The notes under the pieces were generated by a model. It saw nothing but the letters and a program-made list of their open reading frames with translations. It was not told where the DNA came from and did no database searches. The position numbers and the translations under genes were made by a program. 64,000 nt of DNA from positions 30,690,001 through 30,754,000 of the forward strand of contig NC_042998.1 of NCBI RefSeq assembly GCF_006345805.1, read 5' to 3'. Shown one piece after another: positions 38,784-48,949 of this stretch; the first letter of the stretch is position 1, and each line of letters begins with the position of its first letter. This stretch comes from Octopus sinensis (taxonomy: Eukaryota).

Positions 38784-39251
38784 TTTGAAACAATTACTAC
38801 AGGTCTGGTTCCATGGTAAGAAGTTTGCTTTCCATCCACGTGGTTCCGGGTTCAGTTCCACTGCGTGGTACCTTGGGCAAGTAGCTATAGCATCGGGCCA
38901 ACCAAAGCTTTGTGAGCGGATTTGGTAGACGGAAACTGAAAGAAGCCCGTATAATATATGTATGTGTGTGTCTGTGTGCTAGTGTGTATGTGTCTTTGTG
39001 TTTGTCTCCACCACCGTTTACAACCGGTGTTGGTGTATTTACGTCCCCCGTAAATTAACGGTTTGGCAATTGAAACCGACAGAACCGGGCTTCTTTCAGT
39101 TTCCGTCTACCAAATCCACTCACAAAGCTTTGGTTGGCCCGATGCTATAGACACTTGCCCAAGGTACCACGCAGTGGAACTGAACCCGGAACCACGTGGA
39201 TGGGGAGCAAACTTCTTACCACGGAACCAGACCTGTAGTAATTGTTTCAAA
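38784..39251. repeat. Fold-back inverted duplication of a SINE B head plus flank
   Basis: Arms 38784-38949 and 39086-39251 share the non-SINE flank TTTGAAACAATTACTACAGGTCTGG and copy-specific deletions. Confidence 0.85.
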
Positions 39252-39464
39252 GTAGCTGGCTTTAAAACCAATATGTACTGGAGTCGATTCATTTGACATA
39301 AATTCTCTGGGGTGGTGCCCCAGCTTGGCCGTAATCTGATGACTGACACAAAAGATAAAAGATAAAAGATTGTTTTATACCATATATAGAAACAATTTAT
39401 TATGCTTCGTTGTGTAACTGTACTGAATCGGTTAAAAAGAGAAGCACATCGTCAGTTGTAGTTT

Positions 39465-40238
39465 ATTCGGTAAGGCGGAGGTATTGTTTCTAGTTGTGTT
39501 TGTTTGTCCGTGGACAAGATATCTCAAGAACCGCTGCATGGATTCGGATGAAACTTTCAGAGATGTTTAGCCATATGACTGGCACGAACTGATTAGATTT
39601 TGGTATCGACCCGGTACCAGACAAGGGTTCTGGATTATTTTTCCGTTTTTTTTGTTTTTGTTTTTGTTGTTGTTTTTTTACTTAATTTTAGAGAGTGGCC
39701 GGGTTCGTCTTTAATATTCTCGTTTGTGAGAGCAGTCGAGTTTATTTCAGATATTCTCATTTTAAAAATCATCTCTGGCTAATCGTTTAGAGGACGCTAG
39801 TGTTGTCTTGGCGGAGGCTTGCGCTCTCTCAGTAATCTTGTTATTATTATTATTATTAACTCCGCCTTAGCGTAGACGGAGGTATTGTTTTCAGTCGTAT
39901 TTGTTTGTTTGTCTGTGGACAAGATATCTCAAGAACCGCTGGATAGATTCGGATGAAACTTTCAGAGATGTTTGGCCTTATGACTGACACAAACTGATTA
40001 GATTTCGGGATCGATCCAGTCCCAATCAAGGACCCAGGATTATTTTTCCGGTTTTTTTCTCTCTTTTACTTAACTTTTGAGAGCGGTTGGGTTCATTTTT
40101 ATTTTTTAGTATTCTCGTTTATGAGAGCGATCGAATTTATTTCAGATATTCTCATTTTAAAAAATCATCTCCGGCTAATCGTTGAGAGGACGCTAGTGTT
40201 GTCTTGGCGGAGGCTTGCGCTCTCTCAGTACTTTTGTT
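39465..40238 (+). mobile_element. Two tandem Helentron-associated (HINE/DINE-1-like) elements
   Basis: Units 39465-39840 and 39858-40238. 5' ACTCCGCC...GACGGAGGT hairpin, and 3' TTGGCGGAGG + GCGCTCTCTCAGTA. Confidence 0.7.
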
Positions 40239-40244
40239 TATTCT

Positions 40245-40667
40245 TTTATTATTTTACTTGTTTCAGTCATTTGACTGCGGCCATGCTGAAGCACCGCATT
40301 TTAGTCGAGCAAATCGACCCCAGAACTTATTCTTTGTAAACCTAGTACTTAATCTATCGACGTTTTTGCCGAACCGCTAAGTTGCGAGGACGTAAACACA
40401 CTAACATTGGTTGTCAAGCGATGGTGGGAGGACAAACCCCGACACGCTAACAAAGGCCACAGGACGTCACGAAATGTATACAACAAAAAAGTGCGAAGCA
40501 CGAGTACATGGAACATGAACTATTTTTCGAACAACGAAAGACACAAATGGAAAACAAAACAAACATAAAGAGCGACATATGATGAAGGGTCGTTTTTGTA
40601 TCTTTTGTTGTTCAAAAGAATAGTTCTTGTTCCATGAACTCGTGCTTCGTACTTTTTTGCCCACATA

Positions 40668-40708
<41 letters not shown>

Positions 40709-40968
40709 CGGGAAGGTTTACGAAAATAAACAAAAGACGAAGGCAGGTGGAGTACAAACAAACAAATGTATTAGTATGATGCTCAGGAATAGAAATAGAA
40801 CAAGTCTTTTACGTTTCGAGCCTACGCTCTTCGACAGAAAGATACACAGAAAAAACAAGAAGAGAAACAAAGAGAGAAAAAAAATGTGTGTAGGAGCTAA
40901 CGATATATTATGGCGTATATATATATATATACGTATAGACGTAAGTATGTACATATACGTATATATAT

Positions 40969-41015
<47 letters not shown>

Positions 41016-41086
41016 TTTTATATATATATACATATATATATATGTATATATATATACATGCATATATACATACATACATATATATA

Positions 41087-41148
<62 letters not shown>

Positions 41149-41373
41149 TATATTATTATATGACTGAACGCCACGCATCCTCTTCCAAGTATATATATAG
41201 TAAACACACGACGGGCTTCTTTCAGTTTCCGTCTACCAAATCCACGCACAAGGGATTTGGTCGGCCCGTGACTATAATAGAAGGCACATGACCAAGGTGC
41301 CTCGCAGTGGGACTGAAACCAGAACTAAGTGGTTGGGAAACAAGCTTCTTACCACACAGCCGCGCCTGCGCCT
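40245..41373 (-). mobile_element. SINE B whose microsatellite hosts nested elements
   Basis: Tail at 40245-40445 and head at 41208-41373. Between them lie a fold-back (40484-40659), a family E element (40707-40915) and long (TA)n. Confidence 0.75.
40707..40915 (-). mobile_element. Family E Penelope-type element with a hammerhead-like motif
   Basis: Minus strand 40842-40805: TCTTT CTGTCGA A GAGC-GTAG-GCTC GAAAC GTA AAAGA. Confidence 0.75.
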
Positions 41374-41624
41374 ATATGAACGTATTCTAATAATAGTTAA
41401 GAATTTTTGCTCAGAAAATATTTTAGTAGTTGTTTCACACTTTCAGGATTCCATATTTTAATTAAATTGTAACTTTGTGAGAAGCAAAGGAGTAAAAACA
41501 ATTATGCCCTACTGATAATTCAATTTAAAAACAGAAAAGTCCGTTTAATTAAATTATTGTTTTTAAATATTGTAACACTCTGACATTTCATTAAAACTGA
41601 ACAACACCACATAACAACAATACT

Positions 41625-41931
41625 AACAATAACAACAACAATACTAACAACAACAACAATTCTCACAACAACAACAATTCTCACAACAACAATACAAACT
41701 TACGTAGGTACTATCCACAACAACAATAACATGGTGATGATGATGATGATGATGGTTGTGGTGCTGGTGGGGCTGGTGCTCGTGGTGCTGGGGATGGTGG
41801 TGGTGGTGGTGCTGGGGCTGGTGGTGGTGGTGCTGGTGCTGGGGCTGGTAGTGCTGGCGGTTGTGTTTATAGCAGCAGCAGCGGCGGTGGAAATGATAAT
41901 GATAATGATGATGATGACGACGATGGTATTG

Positions 41932-41963
<32 letters not shown>

Positions 41964-42282
41964 GGTGGTAGCGGAGGCAATGGTGGCGGTGGAAATGATA
42001 ATGATGATGATGATGATGTCGACGATGGTATTGGTGGTGGTGGTGGTGGTGGTGGTGGTGGTGGTGGTGGTAGCGGAGGCAATGGTGCCGGTGATGATAT
42101 GATGATGATGATGATGATGATGATGTCGACGATGGTATTGGTGCCGGTGTTGATATGATGATGATGATGATGATGATGATGTGATGATGCTGATGATGAC
42201 GATATGGTGCTAATTACGCGGTGATCAAAATTGACCATAGTGATGATGATGATGATGATGAACGTGATGGTAGATTATTGCG

Positions 42283-42314
<32 letters not shown>

Positions 42315-42375
42315 GATGATGATGATCATCATCATCATCATCATCATATCGACCTTGATGATAATTACAACCACA
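41625..42375. repeat. Compound trinucleotide repeat block (CAA/GAT/GGT/CAT) with higher-order repeats
   Basis: Directly visible. The motif GCGGAGGCAATGGTG...GATGATGTCGACGATGGTATTG recurs. Confidence 0.9.
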
Positions 42376-42784
42376 ACGGAGACGTCATCAGTCCACTGGA
42401 AACCTCTCGAATATAATTATGTCAGCTGTTGTCTGGAAAATAAAATTAATAAAAAAACAATAAACCATTCTTTCCACCGACACTCGGTCACCCCCCCCCC
42501 CAGCCCCACGCTTTTATTCTTTCTCTCAAAGCTGGATTAACTAAAACTAATTGATTTAAGAATTCGAATAAAATTGATTATCGAACATCGCAGTCATGCA
42601 GCGAACAAACAAACTCCGGTTATATCAATGACAGATTTCGCAGAGCCGACATTTAAAAGACGCACGCTTTTGTAAATCGAGAGCATTTTATCTCGAGCTT
42701 CAGTGAATTAGAAGAACTGCCACGTGTGTCTGTGTGAACCAGTTCTGACCATTTTGAAAAGGGGAAAGGTGTGCGGTCACTACA

Positions 42785-42858
42785 ATGGGGCGTGAAACTG
42801 TCCTGGTCACGTTTCTACCCATTCTGCTGTTCTTTCTCAAGTTACCATGTCCAAGCAG
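42785..42858 (+). CDS. Putative exon 1 of a secreted EGF/VWD protein (signal peptide)
   Basis: ACAATGG start context. Encodes MGRETVLVTFLPILLFFLKLPCPS. The donor AG|GTAAAA is phase 2, matching the next exon. Confidence 0.65.
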
Positions 42859-42999
42859 GTAAAAATGAAAGCTGTTTTAATTCATTTTTATTAATCTCTT
42901 TCATCTTTTGTCATTATTCATGCCTTACAACATCACTCTTCTCTGCTCATCCACAGTTTAAATGTTAATTTCTTTCTTATTTTGTTAATTCGATCTTTA

Positions 43000-43006
43000 T
43001 TATTAC

Positions 43007-43046
<40 letters not shown>

Positions 43047-43346
43047 GAGTGAGAGAGCAGTGCATGCCATCAAAGTGACACTGGGGTAAAATATACGAAG
43101 CCCAATATACCCATCATGACTACCCGTCTGATAAAGGTACACCAGGCACATGCATCACAACCATATGTGCGCGACATGGTGATCTCATATCAAGATAAAC
43201 AGCACATGACCTTGCAGGTGGGGGCCCAGTTAGAATTTTGTTCTGGTCGAGTAGCCCATCCCGCTCAAAAGGTCCCTGAATAAGGGTTGTTTAAGGATGT
43301 TGAAAGAACCACCCGTGTTTCCAGAGGTGAATTATTCAAACCCTAA
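43000..43346 (-). mobile_element. Unclassified 5'-truncated LINE-like 3' end with an (AAT)n tail
   Basis: GC-balanced ~300-bp block ending CACTGCTCTCTCACTC(AAT)n on the minus strand, with (ATT)n on both flanks. Family not determined. Confidence 0.5.
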
Positions 43347-43385
43347 AGAATCCCTATTATTATTATATTATTATTATTATTATTA

Positions 43386-43428
<43 letters not shown>

Positions 43429-43555
43429 CATTATTCGATAAATTAAGAACCAGTGAAACACTGGGGTTGGCGTAATCGAATAAGTACCCTCCCCACAAAT
43501 TTAAGACCTTGTGTTTCCAGTAGAAAGGATTATTATTATTATTATTATTATTATT

Positions 43556-43769
43556 AAGGCGGCGAGCTGGCAGAATCGATAGTACGTCGGGCAAATTGCT
43601 TAGCAGAATTTCGCCCGTCTTTACGTTTTGAGTTCAAATTCCGCCGAGGTCGACTTTGCCTTTCATTCTTTCGGGGTTGATGAATTAAGTACCAGTTGCG
43701 TACTGAGGTCGATCTACTCGACTAGCCCCTCTCCCCAAAAATTTAAGCCTTGTGCCTATAGTAGAAAGG

Positions 43770-43770
<1 letters not shown>
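43556..43770 (+). mobile_element. SINE A2 monomer inside (ATT)n
   Basis: Head and core followed by CCCCAAAA..GCCTTGTGCCTATAGTAGAAAGGA(TTA)n. A second copy lies at 44171-44378. Confidence 0.85.
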
Positions 43771-43812
<42 letters not shown>

Positions 43813-43815
<3 letters not shown>

Positions 43816-44133
43816 GTTTGACTTTTTTGCTTTGTATTTGTAAAAGTAGGCTCCGAGTCTCACCCAGAGACCTCAAGAGACAACAAGTTAGAAGTTCATG
43901 TTGGTGTTATACCTAGGGTGTCATATATTTGGTTTTGCACATAGTATTGTTCTAGAGAATATCCAAGAAAACATAAGAAAATTATGAGTCTATTTTAAAA
44001 TTTGGGATTACATAGACCGTATTTTTCATAGGATAGGCGCAGTTCCCATGGGCACTATTTTTTGAATTTCTGCCATTTTGGGGTTTCCTGGTATCTGAGC
44101 TATGTAGCAATCAGCCACTTTTGTTATCATTCC

Positions 44134-44134
<1 letters not shown>
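43813..44134 (-). mobile_element. Dong-like (R4 clade) 3' end flanked by (TAA)n
   Basis: The minus frame GMITKVADCYIAQIPGNPKMAEIQKIVPMGTAPIL resembles an R4/Dong C-terminus. The 3' UTR ends AGTCAAACAT(AAT)n. Confidence 0.75.
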
Positions 44135-44169
<35 letters not shown>

Positions 44170-44945
44170 TAAGGTGGTGAGCTGGCAGAATCGTTAGCAC
44201 CCTGGACGAAATGCCTAGTGGTATTTCGCCCGTCTTTACGTCCTGAGTTCAAATCCGCCGAGGTCGACTTTGCTTTTCATCCTTTCGGAGTCGATAAATT
44301 GAGTACCAGTTGTGTACTGTGTCGATCTAATCGACTGCTCCCCCAAAATTTCGGGCCTTGTGCCTTGAGTAGAATATAATAATGTAGCACAAGCAAGCTG
44401 GGGTGGTTTTCTTTTATCCTTACTATCCTTACTTTTTATTGCTTAACTTTATCACTGCGGCCATGCTGGGGCACAGCTATGAAAGGGTTATAGTCGAACA
44501 AATCATCCTCATTCTTTTTTTTTCTTTTTATTAAAGCCTGACACTTGCTCCATCGAACTTTTTAACGAACAGCTAAGTTACATTGGATGTAAACAAACTA
44601 ACACCGGTTATCAAGCAGTGGAGAGACGGACACACACACACACATATATACATATGTATATGTGTGGGGGATGCATATATATAAGCCTAGAGAAGAAATA
44701 ATTATCCATGGCGATTAGCTGGTAAAATGTTTGACGCGTCGGGCAAAAAGCTTAACAGGCTATCTTCCGCCTTTTTATGTTCTGAGCTCAAATATCGCTC
44801 AAGTCAACTTTATCTTTCGTCCTTTCGGGGTCGATAAAATAAAGTACCAGTCAAGTACAGGGATCAATGTAATCGCCAAACCCCTCCCCTTAAAATTACC
44901 TGCCTTGTATAAAAATTTGAGACTATTTATTTATTTATTTTCCAG

Positions 44946-45092
44946 CGGTGCGCAGCAATTCTGTAATATGACAATCTTCACCAATATGCAAAGAAATGGT
45001 TCCTGTGCAGACGCCGAAATCTTGCTCAGTGAAGGCTTCAAACTTGCAACACTGGGGCTTCCACCTCCGGGTCAACCCTGTGTCTTTGAAAA
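44946..45092 (+). CDS. Putative exon 2 (end of signal peptide, Cys-containing N-terminus)
   Basis: Acceptor TTTATTTCCAG|, 147 nt, phase 2-2. Encodes (S)GAQQFCNMTIFTNMQRNGSCADAEILLSEGFKLATLGLPPPGQPCVFE. Donor AA|GTAAAT. Confidence 0.7.
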
Positions 45093-45282
45093 GTAAATAA
45101 TACGACATTAATCGCATCAATTCCAAAATGAAGTCCTTGCCTTTTTTTTCTTTTTTTCTTTTCTATATTGCAGCCATTGATGCCATACTTGTTATTTATG
45201 TTATTTATGTTGTTCTTGCTCTTGTTCTTGTTACTGTTGTTAGCATCAATATACCAGCTGTTGTTGTTGTTGTTGTTGTTGT

Positions 45283-45905
45283 TAAGCAACAAAGCGGGTA
45301 AGGGTGATTAGGTAATGGTCTGGGGCTTAGGGGTGGGAGACCCCAGACCTTGGAAAAAAAATAAGTTTGATCGTCTTGTTGTAGTCAAGGGCTCTTCATT
45401 GACGCCTGGCACTACTGGGAGGTGACTCTCAAAGTCGCTGGAAATGGAGATCTCCAGGTCCAAATTCTTGAACGGCTGTTGTTGCTGTTGAGCATCTCAG
45501 CTCTGGTAAAGCAACATTATGATCAAAAAGAATTCCTACCATGACATTTTTAACCGCTTAACATTTTTTCTGGATACATTGTGTGAGATAACCATAAAGT
45601 GCCCAATTTTTATTAAAACTGAATTCTCTTTTTAATCTTAATTTTATAACATAGCAAATAATAGTAGATTTTCTGAAAAGAAAAAAACTGTTGTTGTTGC
45701 TGTTGTTAAGCAACCAGACGGGTAAGGGTGATTAGGTGATGGTCTAGGGCTTAGGGGCGGGAGTCACCCAGACCTTAGAAAAAATAAACTTTGATCGTCT
45801 TGTTGTAGTCGAGGGCTCTTCGTTGACGCCCGACAGCACTGGGAGGTGGCCCTCGAAATCGCTGGAAATGGAGATCTCCTGGTTCAAATTCTTGAACGGC
45901 GCTGT
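45283..45905. repeat. Two ~195-bp copies of an unclassified element, each embedded in (GTT)n
   Basis: 45283-45480 and 45705-45900 are about 85% similar by eye. Confidence 0.8.
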
Positions 45906-46144
45906 TGTTGTTATTGTGTTTGTTGTTGTGATTGTTGTTGTTGTTTCTTTTGCTATTGTTGTTAATGATGTGACTGTTATTTCGATGCTATTTTTCCATT
46001 TATGATATTCGTATGTTGATCGATAAAAGCGAAAACAATGAATTAGTTGGCCTGATACAGAATAAAACAAACTTTGTTATATGTGCTAAGGAAGTGGAAG
46101 CGAATATCCTGTAAGACGACGAAACTACGCCTCGATTTCACTCT

Positions 46145-46290
46145 CAAACTGCTTCTCATCTTGATTTTTTTTCATCATTTTGGAGTGTAAAGTCAATTAT
46201 CTCTTTATTTACGAAATCAGTTCTTCTAGCTTCTATTACTCTCTCAGTCTGAACGTTAAAGTCCCACAACATCTGGTATTTCGAGCTGTC
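46145..46290 (-). mobile_element. R4-clade RLE endonuclease fragment
   Basis: MLWDFNVQTERVIEARRTDF..KEIIDFT matches the R4/Dong LWDF.IQTD..I.ARRPD motif. Confidence 0.75.
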
Positions 46291-46507
46291 AAAAACGCTA
46301 GCACACCGGGCGAAATGCGTAGCCGTATTTCGTCTGCCGTTACGTTCTGAGTTCAAATTCCGCCGAGGTCGACTTTTGCCTTTCATCCTTTCGGGGTCGA
46401 TATAATCGACTTAATCCGTCTGTCTGTCCTTGTTTGTTTCCTCTGTGTTTAGTCCCTTGTGGGTAGTAAAGAAATAGGTATTTCTTCTTCTTCTTCTTCT
46501 TCTTCTT

Positions 46508-46545
<38 letters not shown>

Positions 46546-46719
46546 GATTATTATTACTTTTTTTTCTTCTTTCAAATTTGCTTCCATTTCTTGCCGAGTG
46601 TCTTCCCGACTCCTAGGGCAAAGAAACTCATAGTATACATTGGTAGGCCATTAAACCAAACTCAATAGTTCGTTCATTTTTTTTATTTTTTTTTAAGTTA
46701 TATTAAAATACATGAGCAG

Positions 46720-46802
46720 CAACAGTTCTCACATCGACAATGCTCTTCTCAATACGTGTGATGTACCAGTTAAGACAATCTTTTGCACTTCTTGCAGGGA
46801 TG
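46720..46802 (+). CDS. Putative exon 3 (5' boundary uncertain)
   Basis: Strong donor GATG|GTAAGC (phase 1) and an open frame NSSHIDNALLNTCDVPVKTIFCTSCRD. Phase-2 acceptors exist at AG 46716, 46719 and 46725, but the strongest acceptor (46697) is out of phase with exon 2. Confidence 0.45.
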
Positions 46803-47090
46803 GTAAGCCAGGGATCATTCTCATATAATTTTCGGTTCCCTTCTTGATCATTATTATTATTATTATTATATTATTATTATTATTATTATTATTATTAAAT
46901 TTCCTTGTGCCTACTAAAGCATATTCAATTATATTACAGAATATTTGTCTCTAACACTATAAAGTGCTGCCCGGGATTTACTGGGACTGACTGTACTATA
47001 CGTAAGTTACATTACAATATATAAACACTTTATAAACGTTTCACCATAGCAATGATGATATATGGGTGTCTCTGTGTGAATGGCTGCGAA

Positions 47091-47263
47091 GCGTAGGAGT
47101 GGCTGAGTGGTAAGAAGCTTGCTTCCCAACCACATGGTTTCCGGGTTCAGTCCCACTGCATGGCACCTTGGGCAAATGTCTTCTACTATAACCTGGGGCC
47201 GACCAAAGCCTTCTGAATGGATTTCGTAGTCGGAACCTAAAGAAGTCCGTCATGTGTGTGTGT

Positions 47264-47307
<44 letters not shown>

Positions 47308-47500
47308 TTGTGTGTCTGTATTTTCCCCCTACCATCGCTTGACAACCGTTGTTGGTGCCCCGTAACTTAGCAGTTCGGCAAAAGATACAGATAGAATAAG
47401 TACTATGCTTACAAAGAATAAGTCCTGATATCGATTTTTTCGACTAAAGGCAGTGCTCCAGCATGGCCGTAATGACTGAAGCAAATAAAAAAAAAAAGAA
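47091..47500 (+). mobile_element. SINE B, full length
   Basis: Head, (TG)n and tail. Confidence 0.85.
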
Positions 47501-47664
47501 TATTATATATATATATATAGTAAAGTCTATTTGCCAACGCTACGTGGTAGTCCTACTTTTCAGCCCCAGGAAAACATCTTTTCCAGCAGACTACCGACAC
47601 GTGATCTGTGTCCGTTTACTGCAAGCAAGTGAGTCCTACTATTCCCTTTCTAGCCGTAGCGATA

Positions 47665-47710
47665 CCTGTAGACCAATGGTTTCTGGGTAATTTCCCTTCG
47701 TCAGTACAGG
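47665..47710 (-). ncRNA. Type I hammerhead ribozyme motif
   Basis: Minus strand: CCUGUA CUGACGA A GGG-AAAUUA-CCC A GAAAC C-AUU-G GUC|UACAGG. Stem I is 6 bp and perfect, stem II has 3 G-C pairs, stem III is 3 bp, and the cleavage triplet is GUC. Activity untested. Confidence 0.8.
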
Positions 47711-47918
47711 ATAACTGCCGGCTAGAGGTAGCAACCACTCGCTCTTGCTCACAGTATATATATTTAAAGCGACACAACGTTACTGCTCTCGTAAAGAGAA
47801 AAACAACTAGTTCTAAATTTCTGAGCGAGAAATATGTAGTAACAGTACCGTACAATAAAGTCTATTCGCCAACTCAACACAGCATGATCGCATGACTGAA
47901 ACAATTAAAAGAATAAAA

Positions 47919-47952
<34 letters not shown>

Positions 47953-48134
47953 TGTTTGCCAACGCAACGTGGTAGTCCTACGTAGGACAATGCTACTATT
48001 TTAACCCCAGGAAAAAACCTTTCAAGCTGGGTACCGACACATGATCTGTGTCCGTATACTGTGAGCAAGGGAGTGTACTGTTCCCTTTCTAGCTGTAGTG
48101 ATACCTGTAGGCCAAACGTTACTGAGTAATATAA

Positions 48135-48265
48135 ATAATACAAATAAGAAAATGGAGAAACAAGTTTATTTTGTTCATCAACTTTCGGATATTATAATGT
48201 TGGATTAATATCCGAAAGTTGATGAACAAACTAAATTTGTTTCTCCATTTTCTTATTTGTATTAT
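48135..48265. repeat. Near-perfect palindrome with 60-bp arms and an 11-nt spacer
   Basis: 48135-48194 versus the reverse complement of 48206-48265 is 58/60 identical. Confidence 0.9.
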
Positions 48266-48949
48266 AAATTTACGGTAAAATTATTTCTTTACCTTCACCC
48301 GTTTAATACAATAAATGAGTTAATTGCATTGCAATTAAAAATCATTTATGTATTAAGAATCTGGGTACAGTACCAACAGTATATCGGATAAATGCTATCC
48401 CATAGTGGGTTACACCCATAACCCCTTTCTTACTTTGTACTATATATATATATATATATATATAAAGGTATAATGAATAAACATTCCAGTCGGTCAAAAC
48501 AACTTTATATCATTCCCAAATTATCAAAAATCGAATATAAATATATAGTAAAATAATAGGGCACCCAGTAGTAAAACCTAATAGTATAAAATATACACAT
48601 ATATACGAATAAAAGGTGATAAAACCTAAAAGGGTAATACGAGTGAAGTCGAAGGAAGAAAAATATATATGGAATAAATCCATGCACAATAAAGGTGACT
48701 AAAAATGTAAGGCAATGGAGCTAAAATAATATAAATATAAATATATAAAAATACAAGGGTGTAAATATAAAGAATAAAGTGTAAGAAAACCAGAACAGAG
48801 TCCATTTAAGGCCATCTCTACGATCGTTTCAAAGGATGCTGCTTCACATTGTTAATGTACAATCCATTAAGGAAATCCAAAAGCAATCGGCAGAAAACTT
48901 CACATTTCTGGTAATTACATTGTTCATTTGCAGACAAGTAAAAATAAGA

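Noticed and set aside
41731-42540. Long poly-V/M/D/H ORFs, and the many YIYI/CVCV/THTH ORFs elsewhere
   Set aside because: They are stop-free frames of microsatellites.
46759-46761. In-frame TGA as selenocysteine
   Set aside because: A TAA follows three codons later, and no SECIS can be assessed.
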